This document shows, in pieces, positions 48,115 to 60,800 of a stretch of 64,000 bases of DNA. This DNA is from Macrostomum lignano (Eukaryota). The translations under genes and the position numbers were made by a program. Within the stretch, counting starts at the first letter, position 1; every line of letters starts with the position of its first letter. The stretch covers positions 565,819-629,818 of the forward strand of contig NIVC01000303.1 in the NCBI GenBank assembly GCA_002269645.1, read 5' to 3'. The notes under the pieces are model-generated. The model ran no database searches and was not told the origin of the DNA. It saw nothing but the letters and a program-made list of their open reading frames with translations.

Positions 48115-49830
48115 GTCTGCTTGTGTACTTGCTATATAATACTGGCTTTAATATTAATATGACTGACTCGCTTTAGTACCCAATCTCCCTGATGCCATTC
48201 CCGTTGAAAACGTTACCGTTCTCGACAAGACTAAAGGTGACTGTCGTATATTGTATCTTATGAGTTGTTAAAATCGTAAAGGAGTCGCGAAAAAGGTCGT
48301 CCTAAGACTCGTTGTGTTAGCGCTTAACTTTCTACTAACTCAAGTAGTCTAAATAGAGTTGTTATCAATTCAAAATGCGATTCTAATTCATAAAGTGACG
48401 TAGATTACACTTGGACGCAATTCAATGCACTCTACAGCGACTCTGGCGCGTCTCATATACGACTCTTTTTTACCTTAAGATCTCCTCGTTTTAGAGTCGT
48501 CGAAAGTCACTTCTTTCCTATTTTACCTGTGTTACCTGGCTCTGGGACGCTTCTTGGCCCGTGGCGACTGTGGCGACCGTTTAAGAATTGTTTTCATCGG
48601 GGTTTTCGTGTGATTCTCACCCATTAGGGCCCTATAAACTTGAGTTGTTGTTGAAAAGTTTCTCTTAGTAATCATTTTTGCATATGTTTATATTACAGTT
48701 AGTAACTAGCAGTATTTTATTGTTGCAATTTGTCTAGTTTATTTTATTATTGTAAACAATTTTGTTTGTTCGTAAACGCAAATACAAAGTAACACGCATT
48801 CATAATATACTGCTAACCTTATGCGTTGTTTTAATTCCGGTATTTTAATTTTAATGGACTGTTAAGAGATAATTGTTAGATTAATAAAAGTCGTTTGTTA
48901 AAATAGAGGAAGTTGGCCAAGTGTGTTCTTTCCTTAGTTAATGGCAGCTTGTCTATGGCCAAGATGTGAAGCAGTTTCACTGAGACTGTCTTTGGCAAGT
49001 GGTTGGCAGCCCGCGAAGCCTCTGTCGGATTTTGAAACTTCACTTCACTGTGGCAATCCGGCCTGCTTTCTTGTCTTCTCACTTTCTCACTTCTCCTCGT
49101 CTTTCACTGTCCTCTCCTTTACTATCCTCTCCCCTCTCTCCCCTCTCTTCTCTTCCCTCTCAACTCTCCTGTCTACTCTACTTTCCCCACTACTCTTCTC
49201 TCCTCTCCTCTCTCCTATTTGGCTCTGTCTTCTCTCCCCTCTTCTCTCTTCTCTCACCTGGCCCGCTGCCATGAGCTGGATTGTGGCCCTTTAGGTAAAA
49301 AAATTTATGTCCCTTCGTCTGTGCTAAAGCCGTTTGATTCAGTGCAAAGCCAGCTGGCGTGAAACGCCAAGACCGACTGTGTGGTTAATCTTACAAAATA
49401 ATATCAAGGAAGCCTCTATATTTGCCCTTCGAATATAGCGAAGTGAACACAGGGGTTTCCTTGAATAATATGCTGTGCTGACTATACCAAACTATAATAT
49501 TTCCATATTTGTATGTTGGAGATAACTAAATGTGCTCAAAAGATTGGTTCAGGGGTGTGGAAATGATACTTGATACACTCGGTGGCTTGAGTGTCTGTTT
49601 TCTATGTTCTGAACATAAATTCTATGGCTTTTCTGGGGTTTACATTGCAGTAGAATTTCTTTCTTTTCTCCATTTTCTCAATCGACAAAGAAACTTTACG
49701 ATCCAAAATTTGCGAAAAAGGATTTAATTAGTCAGTTTTTTGCTTCTCGTGTTTGTAAAACCATAATTTATTTCGTCGTTAAATCTCTGCCCGACAGTCG
49801 TTAAATTTTTTAAAAACATCTCCAGCAACA

Positions 49831-51493
49831 ATGAGCCTAAAACGTCACAGCGACAGCTCAAGTTCGGACGCGCCTCCCGCTACCCCAACTCCTCTCTGCA
49901 TCATCTGCAACCAAGCTGCAGTCGGTGTGGCTCCGTTCTCCCGCTGCCACATGTGCAGTCAACACCTCAGTGTCGATGTGGCCAATCTATTCAAGCTCAA
50001 GGAGGAGGTCGATGAGCTGCTGCGTGTCTACTCACAAGAGTCACAAGACTCACAAGGAGCACCAGGTGCAGCTGGCCGTGCAGCGCTGCTGCAACCAAGA
50101 CAAGACGCTGAGTCGCTGCGTCGTCTCGCTCTCGACATCCAACAGCAGCTGCAAGAGGTCAATCACAAATTCGATTTGGTACAGCAACACATCGACTCGT
50201 TTCGTAGCAGGGTGACGAGCCAGCTCTCAGGTGTGCTTGAGGCAGTGCGTGTATGCGAGCGGGACCTCGAGGACGTCTCCAGCTACAAGCAGGAGGTGGC
50301 CACGGCGGAGGCTGCAGGCGACATGGCGGAGCTGCTTCGCCTGGTGCAGTCCATGCACGAATCGCTTGGAGACTTGGAGGCCGACTTTGAGAGGTCAGAG
50401 CGGCTGCTCAGAGACCAGAGCGACAATGAGGAGGTGCAGCTGCGGCTTCTGGGCCAGCTCGAGCGGCTGGTCGGCATTTGTGCGGGACGCAGTGAAGAGG
50501 GCGACTGGTCGAGAGACGCATCGGTGAACGCCAGACCGGAGGTGAGAGACACTGCGGTGACGGCGAGACCCGAGGACATAGACGATCCTCAGAAAATGTT
50601 GCAGCCGATGGTCTTCAGTCACGAGGTGAAGCTGGATGGCGATGTTACATGCCTGGCTGTGTGCAGCGACACCAGCGGATTTGTTGGTAACCGCTTAGGC
50701 CATGTGGTTCCCACCGATTCAGCGGAAGACGGCAGCGAGGCTCTGCATCAGCCCTGCATTATTGCCTCTCTATTGAATAGAGACCACCTACTGGTGCTGT
50801 CTGTGGACGGCTCACAGAAGCTGCAGTGCCACTGCGATATCGACTGGAAGCAGCGCATCTGTGGCCTTCACTGCGATCGTCAGCTGCTGTTCATTGCTCA
50901 GGATGACGCAGTGACTGACGGGCCTGAGCGGTCGCGCGGTGCGTCGAGTCCGCCCACACATCGAGGGCTTCGGTTACATCAGGGGAATCGGCGGCAACGC
51001 AATCTCCGTGTTTGTGTCCAGTGGAAACAAAATTGCTGCATTCAGCAAAGCGACTTGGCAGATGGAGACGGTCATCACGCTGTCTCAGCTTCCTAGTGCT
51101 CTACTGGGTAACCTGGCGACTCACGACAACTGTATTCTTGTGAGAGACTGGAAGCGCAAGCAGGTGCACAGAGTGCGCATCGACACCCAGCGGCTGGTCG
51201 CCTCCTTCACAAATCAATCTTCTGGCATCAAACAATTTGCTCATCCAGTGGATGTGGCCGTCGACAGCAGAGGCCGCCTTTTCGTGTGTGAATTGTGGGG
51301 TCACTCAGTGCGAGCGGTGGCTGCAGACGACGGCTCGCCACTGTGGACTCTGGGGACTCCGGGCAAAAGGGGCATCGGAAACGGCAGATTCGACGGTCCA
51401 TGGGGTCTGGCGGTGGTGACGGGAGGTACGCGCGAGCAGCTGGTGGAGGCTGACTGTAGGAACAGCAGACTGCAGGTGTTCAGCGCATCCTAA
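49831..51493 (+). pseudogene. Intronless B-box-like/coiled-coil/NHL-repeat gene, copy 1; 2-bp deletion near 50915 (pseudogene or sequencing error)
   Basis: ORFs 49831-51096 and 50939-51493 join into one protein collinear with copies 2 and 3. CxxC...CxxCxxH N-terminus; NHL motifs PVDVAVDSRGRLFVCE and FDGPWGLAV. GTGACTGACG here versus GTGACAGTGACG in copy 3. Confidence 0.85.
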
Positions 51494-52182
51494 TTTTATC
51501 CAGAGACCGAATAAACTGTGGAGTGATTGGTTTTGTGGAGGCTGGTCTATCGTTCGAGTTTTTCTTATTATGGAACGGGTACGGATAGTCTTAACCAGCA
51601 CTACTGTGTGAGGGCGTCAGAGGCCAATCAAAGTAATATAGATGACTTAGAGGAGGGAGTGGCACTGAGCGCTATACACTGATACTAATATAGCTCAAGT
51701 GAACTATCTAGGTTACATAGTATCGTTGCATCTGTGTAACAATTGTTGGTTGATATTTTTGCGCAGGTTTTTTTACCTATTTTTTATGTTTTGTCTTTCC
51801 GTAGTAAACAATTAGTAATTTAATTGTAGCTTTTTAACATACCCTGTAATGCGCTGCATGTTGAGGAAATCATTAATAACATATTTCATAGCTTGTTTAC
51901 AAAATTTATATTGAGTGACAAACTGGTATTTGACTAAATAAGCTTTGATTATTTATCTTTATCTGATATGAATCTCCGTTCAAACAATCAGTCACAAAGA
52001 TTAAAATAGACAGGTAATTTAAGCCAATATTTTTAGGTTTTTATTGTTCCAATTATGTTTTACACGACATGCCGTGTACCATACTCGTACATATACTTTT
52101 TACTACCAGTTACCAAGAATTCAATTCCCTTCTATAAGCCTAGTCTTCTCTTATCTTCTTTACAGATAATTCCAATCTAAGC

Positions 52183-53892
52183 ATGAGCGGCGCTCAAAAT
52201 ACCGACGATAAATCGGAATCGAACCCGCGACCTTCGCCAGACAAGCCGCCCCTTTGTTTTGTCTGTCGCAAAGCTCCAGCAGCTGGTGTTGGTCCGTTCT
52301 CGCTAAATAATCTGTGCCAAGAACACCTTGCAGTTGATGTTGCTGAAGTAATGAAGCTGCGAGACAGTGTTGATGAGGAGTTGCGTCGTTTCTTCGAAAG
52401 CGGGACATCTTCCACCGTCGTTGCGCCGGGAACTCGACCTCTGGTGCAAGAGTTGCAGATTAGCGGTCAGCTAAAATGTATTGAAAACGAATGCCTATTG
52501 ATGCAAGGCGAATTAGATAATTTTCATCAGCGAGTTCAGCTTCAGATTAAAGAATACTTGAATGCTGTACGAACTTGTCATAATGGTCTCAATGATACTC
52601 AAAACTACAGACAGGAAGTGGCCGCAGCGGAGGCTGCAGGCAATATTTCAGAAATTGCAAAGCTGTCAATGTCTATGCAGCTGTCCATTCCCGATCTGCA
52701 AGCTGAATTTGACTTGGCGCAACGCCTTCGGCTTGAAAATGACTGTGTCGAGATGCAGTTGCGACGGTTTAGACAGATAGAGAAACTTGTTGGCAGTGTT
52801 GCAACTGATAGGAACTCAGGTGTGACTGACGCAGCTGTTTCTGCTCTACCAGATGTTAGAGACGCCGAGTCAACAGCTAGTCCAACTGTGCTTAGCGCTG
52901 CCGTTACTGCAAGACCAATTGGTATTGATATTGAAACGACCGTCGCACCCGAGGTCTGTGACGCCTCGCTCACCGCTAGCGACTCGCCGTTTGATCCAAT
53001 TGTGTTCAGTCATCAAGTTCCATTAAATGGTCAGGTGGACCTGTTGACTGTGTGCAGCGACACTCGCGGATTTGTTGGCGAACCAAGCTCAGGTCTTGTG
53101 GTGTCCATTAATGCAGCTGGTGACGATCGCGAGGCACTGCCTGAGCCCTGCATCTTTGCCAGAGTCAGTGGCTGTAGCCATTTAACAGTGCTGTCCGTGG
53201 ACGGAGCGCGGAGACTGCGCTGTCAGGGTGACTTCGATTTCAAACAGAACATCTGCAGTCTTCACTGCGATCGTCAGCAACTGTTTATTGCCCAGCGCAG
53301 CTCCGTGAAAGTGACAGTAACTGACTTGAGCGGTCGCGTGGTTTTTCAAATAGAGCCACAGATTGAAGACTTCGACGAGATCAGAGGCATCAGTTGCAAC
53401 GCAACTAATTTATTTATTAGTTGTGACAACAAAATTGCTGTATTGCACAAGTTGATTGGCCAATTGGAGACGGTCATCACGTTGCCGGGTGCTTTGGATA
53501 TGCGCAACCTGACGGTTTATCGCGACAGTATCATGGTGGTAGACTGTGAGAGTTGGCAGGTCCATAAAGTGCACATAGACAGCCAGCAGTTGGTCTGTTC
53601 TTATCCAAGTGATGCTTCCGGCCTCCAACACTTTGCTTGGCCAATGGATGTGGCCGTCGACAGAAGAGGCCGCCTGTTCATGAGTGAAAACGATGGTCAC
53701 TCAGTGCGAGCGGTGGCTGCTGACGACGGGTCGCTGCTGTGGACTCTGGGCACTCCGGGCGAGAGCGGTTTTGATGGCAATAGACTCAACCGTCCTTGGG
53801 GTCTGGCGGTGGCCACGGGAGGCCCACGCGAGCAGCTGGTGGTGGCTGACTATTTTAACTCGCGATTGCTAGTGATTGATGTAGATTCTTAA
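52183..53892 (+). CDS. Intronless B-box-like/coiled-coil/NHL-repeat protein (RING-less TRIM-NHL-like), copy 2, intact, 569 aa
   Basis: Open 569-aa frame. CFVC...CQEH, heptad-like middle region, NHL blades FAWPMDVAVDRRGRLFMSE, LWTLGTPGESG, LNRPWGLAV, QLVVADYFNSRL. Confidence 0.9.
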   Translation: MSGAQNTDDKSESNPRPSPDKPPLCFVCRKAPAAGVGPFSLNNLCQEHLAVDVAEVMKLRDSVDEELRRFFESGTSSTVVAPGTRPLVQELQISGQLKCIENECLLMQGELDNFHQRVQLQIKEYLNAVRTCHNGLNDTQNYRQEVAAAEAAGNISEIAKLSMSMQLSIPDLQAEFDLAQRLRLENDCVEMQLRRFRQIEKLVGSVATDRNSGVTDAAVSALPDVRDAESTASPTVLSAAVTARPIGIDIETTVAPEVCDASLTASDSPFDPIVFSHQVPLNGQVDLLTVCSDTRGFVGEPSSGLVVSINAAGDDREALPEPCIFARVSGCSHLTVLSVDGARRLRCQGDFDFKQNICSLHCDRQQLFIAQRSSVKVTVTDLSGRVVFQIEPQIEDFDEIRGISCNATNLFISCDNKIAVLHKLIGQLETVITLPGALDMRNLTVYRDSIMVVDCESWQVHKVHIDSQQLVCSYPSDASGLQHFAWPMDVAVDRRGRLFMSENDGHSVRAVAADDGSLLWTLGTPGESGFDGNRLNRPWGLAVATGGPREQLVVADYFNSRLLVIDVDS

Positions 53893-54984
53893 GCTTTATT
53901 TCATGGTCCGGTGACCATAGACTGATGGTCCGGTGTTTATATTCTTATCAAGAGCAGTCTGTCTCACTGTTTTACGTGTACATATATTTATCAGATAAAG
54001 ATTAGTACCTTAATTCCTATTTCTAAAAACTGAATTTTGCATTTAGCGTAGAATATCGTCATATTTGCCAGAAATGAAAATTCTGCATGTTATTTTTTAA
54101 TAATGATTTAGATCTAAAAGTAAAAAAAAATTAATTACTATTCTGTGACTTCGGCTTTCAGTTTTGTTGGCGGTGAAAATAACCATAAAGGAAAATTGTC
54201 CTGTTTGACACTATACAATATCTTCATTTTTGCCAGTGACTTTAGAATGATTTTTATATATGGATTTACCAATTTCTAAAATTACAAGTTTAACAAAAAA
54301 TTACAATTCTAGGATAAATGGTAGCTACTAACAGCAGCTATAGGTCCACATTGTATGACTTCAAACTTAATGAAATAATAAGTGTCCCAGTAAAACAGCA
54401 GTCTCAAGTCTGCGCAATTCTAGGCGTGGTTGGAGACTTTCCGGAATGAGCTTAATGTAACGTCATGTCCCGGACATCTACAAAATTCTATGACCAAAGA
54501 ATGGCTGGATGACCAGGGAGTCATCGTTGCGAGAGTTGGTTACAGAGACCTTCCTGGCCTACCCGAAGTATTCTGCGACAACCACGACTCGCGACATATT
54601 CATAATGCTGAGACGCTGGGCCGTTTTTAAGAAAAAAAAATGTATAAGCAGATTATATAATCTAGCTATCTGTATTATTCATGTGCTCCGGAAAAGTGAA
54701 AAAAACTATATTTCAGGTTCCATTCTGATCTATTTCTATCAGGCATGGTATCTTTTGTTTTAATCAATAATTACTTTTAATCTTTCTTCAAACGGGTAAC
54801 AATTCTGCATTATAATTTTTTTTTATTTTACGATATATAGTTTCGTCTAAAATTACTTTTAACAGGTATATATTTTTGGCCGTGTCAAGCGCAACGCACA
54901 TGCATGTAATGCAGCCACTTGATGTTGCAGTCTTCAGCTAAGTTAAGGCATCGTGGAATGACCTCACGAGCTGCTTGCACACGG

Positions 54985-55800
54985 CTAGTCTGGGACTCAC
55001 TCGTGTTCTCTGGGACTCACTCTGTGATCTCTGGGACTCACTCTGTGATCTCTGGGACTCACTCTGTGTTCTCTGTGACTCACTCTGTGATCTCTGGGAC
55101 TCACTCTGTGTTCTCTGTGACTCACTCTGTGTTCTCTGTGACTCACTCTGTGATCTCTTGGGACTCACTCTGTGATCTCTGGGACTCACTCGTGTTATCT
55201 GGGACTCACTCTGTGATCTCTTGGGACTCACTCTGTGATCTCTGGGACTCACTCTGTGTTCTCTGGGACTCACTCTGTGTTCTCTGGGACTCACTCTGTG
55301 ATCTCTGGGACTCACTCGTGTTCTCTGGGCCTCACTCTGTGATCTCTTGGGACTCACTCTGTGATCTCTTGGGACTCACTCTGTGATCTCTGGGACTCAC
55401 TCTGTGATCTCTGGGACTCACTCGTGTTATCTGGGACTCACTCTGTGATCTCTGGGATTCACTCTGTGATCTCTGGGACTCACTCTGTGATCTCTGGGAC
55501 TCACTCAGTGATCTCTGGGACTCATTCTGTTTTGCAATCCTGACACTGGGATTCAGCGATCCATATTTTCTTCGCGGTCAAGGCCGCAGATCGAGGATAA
55601 CCATTTGGACTCACCCACGATTATTGCGCCCTGCAAGCAGAGTCCCAAGAGATCACAGAGTGAGACCCAGAGATCACAGAGTGAGTCCCAAGAGATCACA
55701 GAGTGAGTCACAGAGAACACAGAGTGAGTCTCAGAGATCACAGAGTGAGTCCCAGAGATCACAGAGTGAGTCCCAGAGAACACAGAGTGAGTCCCAGAGA
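54985..55800. repeat. 21-22-bp minisatellite present as two arrays in opposite orientation
   Basis: CTGGGACTCACTCTGTGATCT array 54985-55530; AGATCACAGAGTGAGTCCCAG array 55641-55800. Confidence 0.93.
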
Positions 55801-56194
55801 ATCGCAGCTCAGATCCCAAGTCTGTCTGAATTCAGAATTCTGAAACCAACCAGCTGCAGCTCATAAACCTGACCAAACAGCCCACAGCGGCAGTGTCTGC
55901 AGCCCGTCAATCCTTCTCTCTGCTTTTCTGTGCTGCACCGCCCTTTGAAGTTGTGCCCTCAGCTGTTAGCGAACTCCGATGTACCACACTGCAACAAATC
56001 AGTGACTGTCTTTGCCTTAAAACTAAATATAAAATAACTAAAAATAAATCCAGTTTATCCCAATGAGAAATATTTTACTAATAAACCTGAATACTCAATC
56101 AGGTTTATTAAGTAAATCATAAATGTAAAACTTGTTTTCACTACTCAGTTTTGACTTTGAAGCCAATTTGAATTAATTCTGGGCAGATGGAGAC

Positions 56195-57110
56195 TGGGAG
56201 TTGGAGCTGATGAGAGACTGGATGTTGATGCAGCTAATGAGAGACTGGGTGTTGATGCAGCTGATGAGAGATTGGGAGTTGGAGCTGATGAGAGACTGGG
56301 TGTTGATGCAGCTAATGAGAGACTAGGTGTTGATGGAGCTAAAGAGAGAATGGGTGTTGATGGAGCTAAAGAGAGAATGGGTGTTGATGGATCTAATGAG
56401 AGAATGGGTGTTGATGGAGCTGATGAGAGACTGGGTGTTGATGGAGCTAATGAGAGAATGGGTGTTGATGGAGCTAATGAGGTAAGAATGGGTGTTGATG
56501 GAGCTAAAGAGACTGGGTGTTGATGGAGCTAAAGAGACTGGGTGTTGATGGAGCTAATGAGAGACTGGGTGTTGATGGAGCTAAAGAGAGAATGGGTGTT
56601 GATGGATCTAATGAGAGAATGGGTGTTGATGGAGCTGATGAGAGACTGGGTGTTGATGGAGCTAATGAGAGACTGGGTGTTGATGGAGCTAATGAGAGAC
56701 TGGGTGTTGATGGAGCTGATGAGAGACTGGGTGTTGATGGAGCTGATGAGAAACTGGATGTTGATGCAGCTAATGAGAGACTGGGTGTTGATGGAGCTAA
56801 TGAGAGAATGGGTGTTGATGGAGCTAATGAGAGAATGGGTGTTGATGGATCTAATGAGAGAATGGGGTTGATGGTGCTAAAGAGAGAATGGGTGTTGATG
56901 GAACCAAAGAAACTGGGGTGTTGATGCAGCTAATGAGAGAATGGGTGTTGATGGAGCTAATGAGAGAATGGGTGTTGATGGAGCTAATGAGAGAATGGGT
57001 GTTAATGGATCTAATGAGAGAATGGGTGTTGATGGTGCTAAAGAGAGAATGGGTGTTGATGGAGCCAAAGAAACTGGGGTGTTGATGGAGCTAGTAAGAG
57101 AGACTGGGAG
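56195..57110. repeat. 27-bp minisatellite
   Basis: Unit GAGAGAATGGGTGTTGATGGAGCTAAT. Confidence 0.96.
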
Positions 57111-57884
57111 GCTGATGCTGCTCAATTAGTGAAGGAGACTGAAGAATGAGACAGTTATCCGGAAAATTCGGGTTCATCATCCACCCCAGAAATTCTGCTG
57201 ACAGTCCTGCTCAGTGAACTTAACTCGCTGAATTGACTGAACCAGTTGCCAGTGCTGCACATGTAGTTCCAGAATCACAGATCCCATCCCAATCTGTTAG
57301 ATGCAGGAGTGCATCCGGAGTTTCTGACAGCGCTTTAATGCACGAGTACATGAAAATTGGGTTTTGTATGTGCACTTACTTTTTTGTACCTTCCATCAAT
57401 TTCCAAAAACTTCAACTTTTCAAAGCACCCATATTTTAACAACAATTTCCCAGCTAAAAATATCTGAGCCAATGCATATAAAACACAGCAGTGACCCATT
57501 GAGAAAAATGCAACACAGAAGCGAGCGCTGAGTCTGCAGCGAGTGAGGAGAATTAAAGCAAACTGCATGCCATTTTTGCTGAAATTCAATTCAAAGTCAA
57601 GTCCCAGTTTCTGGTGCTGAAACTTCTAGAAATAGAAAAACAATGAGAGAAGTTATGAGGACCGTTTCATTTAATTACTTAATACATTCATAATGTTTAT
57701 TGTGCTTCTATTCAATAATTATCAAATTCTGAATATGCTGGACGGAACAAACAATTATCGGACAAAGAAATTCATCGCGTGTTGAAAATTTATTATAAGA
57801 GAAACTCGATCGAAAACCCGACCTTTAATAAATCAATCACTCCAGTAAGACTACAGTTTAATTATTTTCGGCAAGTGAATAAAA

Positions 57885-60800
57885 TTAGGATGCACTGAAC
57901 ACCTGCAGTCTCATGTTGCCTCTGTCAGCCACCACCAGCTGCTCGCGTGGACTTCCCGTCACCACCGCAAGACCCCATGGACGGTTGAATCTGCCGTCTC
58001 CGCTGCCGCTCTCGCCCGAAGTCCCCAGAGTCCACAGCAGCGACCCGTCGTCTGCAGCCACCGCTCGCACTGAGTGACCCCACAATTCACTCACTAACAG
58101 GCGGCCTCTGCTGTCGACGGCCACATCCAATGGCCAAACAAACTGTTTAAGGCGAGAACTCTGAGTCGGGAAGGAGGCGACCAGCTGCTGGGTGTCGATG
58201 CTCACTCTGTGCACCTGATCGTGCTTAAATTCTGTCACCAGAATGCAGTTGTCGTGAGTCGCCAGGTTGCGCAGATCAGCACGAGGAAGCTGAGACAGCG
58301 TGATGACCGTCTCCATCTGCCAAGTCGCTTTGCTGAATGCAGCAATTTTGTTTCCACTGGACACAAATACGGAGGCTGCGTTGCCGCCGATTCCCTTGAT
58401 GTCACCGAAGTCCTCGATGTGTGGGCGGACTCGACGCACCGCGCGACCGCTCAGGTCCGTCACTGTCACTGCGTCAGGCTGAGCAATGAACAGCAGCTGA
58501 CGATCGCAGTGAAGACCCCAGATGACCTTCCTCCAGTCGATGTCGCAACGGCACCGCAGCTTCCGTGAACCATCCACAGACAGCACCAGTAGGTGTTTTC
58601 TGTTCGGAAGGAATGATGCAAAGATGCAGGGCTGAGGCAGAGGTTTTCTGCGTTTTCTGCGGTCTCCCGCTGAGTCGGCGGGAACCACACGGCCCAAGCG
58701 GTTACCAACGTATCCGCTGGTTTCGCTGCTCACAGCCAGCCATTGAACTGGGCGATCCAGCTTCACCTCGTGACTGAAGACCATCGGCTCTAACATTCTC
58801 TGAGCAGCGTCTATCTCCTCGGATGTCGCGATCACAGCAGCGTCTTTCGAACAGTCGCCCTCTTCACTGCGTCCCGCACAAATGCCGACCAGCCGCTCGA
58901 GCTGGCCCAGAAGCCGCAGCTGCACCTCCTCATTGTCGCTCTGGTCTCTGAGCAGCCGCTCTGACCTCTCAAAGTCGGCCTCCAAGTCTCCAAGCGATTC
59001 GTGCATGGACTGGACCAGGCGAAGCAGCTCCGCCATGTCGCCTGCAGCCTCCGCCGTGGCCACCTCCTGCTTGTAGCTGGAGACGTCCTCGAGGTCCCGC
59101 TCGCACTAGGGGGCGACCCAGTCCCGGGCCCGGGCCCGAAAAGTCGGGAATCCCGACCAAAATCGTGGCCCGACCCGGGCCCGGGCCCGAACCTAAAAAA
59201 GTCGGGAAATCGGGACAAGTCTTTTTTCCCTAAAGGCACTAACCGCGTGCGAATAAGAAAAAATTATTTTTCAACACATTCACACTAATTTACCCTTAAT
59301 TCCAGCCCCAGGAAAATGCAACTGCAACTGCAAGGCATGACTGCATGAGGCATCTCTGTCTCTGGTCGGTCACTGACCTCACCTCGACCTCACTTGACCT
59401 GACTGTGAGCGGTCTGTGATTCTATGAAGCTGTCGGTCACTCACTGTCACTGGTTACTGGTGTCAGTCAAGCTCAAGCCTGTCTGCCCTGCCCCGGCTGT
59501 CCGTGAAGTTCGGTGATGTCTGGTGCTGCTCCCATCCCGATTCCCGATGTCCAGTCCAGGTCCAGGCTGCCAAGTCCGAGTGCCGATGCCGACTCCCGTT
59601 CCCGTTCCGTCACCGTCCTGAGTCTTGGACAGCTGGACTCCTGTCCTGAGTCCTGACTCCCACTCGAGCTTGAGTCAAGTAACCCACTCACTTAACTAAA
59701 CAGTCAGATTCGAATTTTCGAGTATACATGTACGACAATAAAATTACATACTGTTCAAAATTGATGATACATATCATACAATATACATACAATATAGATA
59801 TATGTATATATATATATATGTAATACTGATAGACTGATAGTGATATCATATCTGATACCGATTTATTGAAATTGACATCGTAAAAGATTACTGACTTCTG
59901 AGTTTTGACTTTTTCCTTTTTTATCACTTTCGTTTCGTCTGGACTCCTGGAGTGGAGAAGAGAAGTTGAGTGGAGGCCGAGGCCCGAGGGTGGACTGGAC
60001 TGGACTTTGAACTTTCTGGGCTCGTGGAGTGGAGTCGTGTCGTGTCTGAGGCGTGAGTCGTGACTTGTGACTGATTCGTGATTCGCGAGTTTTGTTTTGA
60101 CCGTGACGGTGACTCGTGATTGTGTAGTGACTCGTGAGTCGTGATCGTGACTCCGTAAGTGACGGACTACAGACGGAGTGCTAAAAATCACTGCTAGGCT
60201 AGTGCTATAAGTATCGAGTAATTATTACTGTCACTTTCGTTAGAATTATACAGTGTAGTGTAGTGTACTCTAATCAATAATCATTTCATCGTCATCCGTC
60301 ATGTCAGGTCAGTGGTCAGGACTCAGGACTCAGGATCAGGACAGCACAACACTCAGTTAAGCATCGCATCAGCAATAGTAATAGATTTAGTATATTTAGA
60401 TGATATGATGTGAAGTAGCAATATCATTGATTCGTAGTAGGCTCTTAGCGTGAGCGTCTGTGACCGTGAGCGTCAGCCACAGCCAGTTTCCACTTTCCAG
60501 GAAGATCGGATTTTTTTCCAGGAAGATAAAATTAAAACATAGTTTTGCAATACTTTTTTGCAATATTGATTCCACTTTACACGCTGCAGGCTGCAGCCTA
60601 AAAGCAAAAATATGATTCTTTAAAAAGTTTATTTGTCATTTTTAAGCTTTTGTAAATAACATTTCCTATTTACATTCCAAGAAGGCTACCATTTTTCCAA
60701 GAAGTTTGCTATCTATTAGAGTTTGTAATCGTGTTCATATTTGTATCGTAGGTAGTCGTAGTCGTAGACTTGTAGTATTGTATTCGTAATCATATTCGTT

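Noticed and set aside
54430-54630. 66-aa ORF of ordinary composition (possible orphan exon)
   Set aside because: No recognisable domain and no partner exons could be linked.
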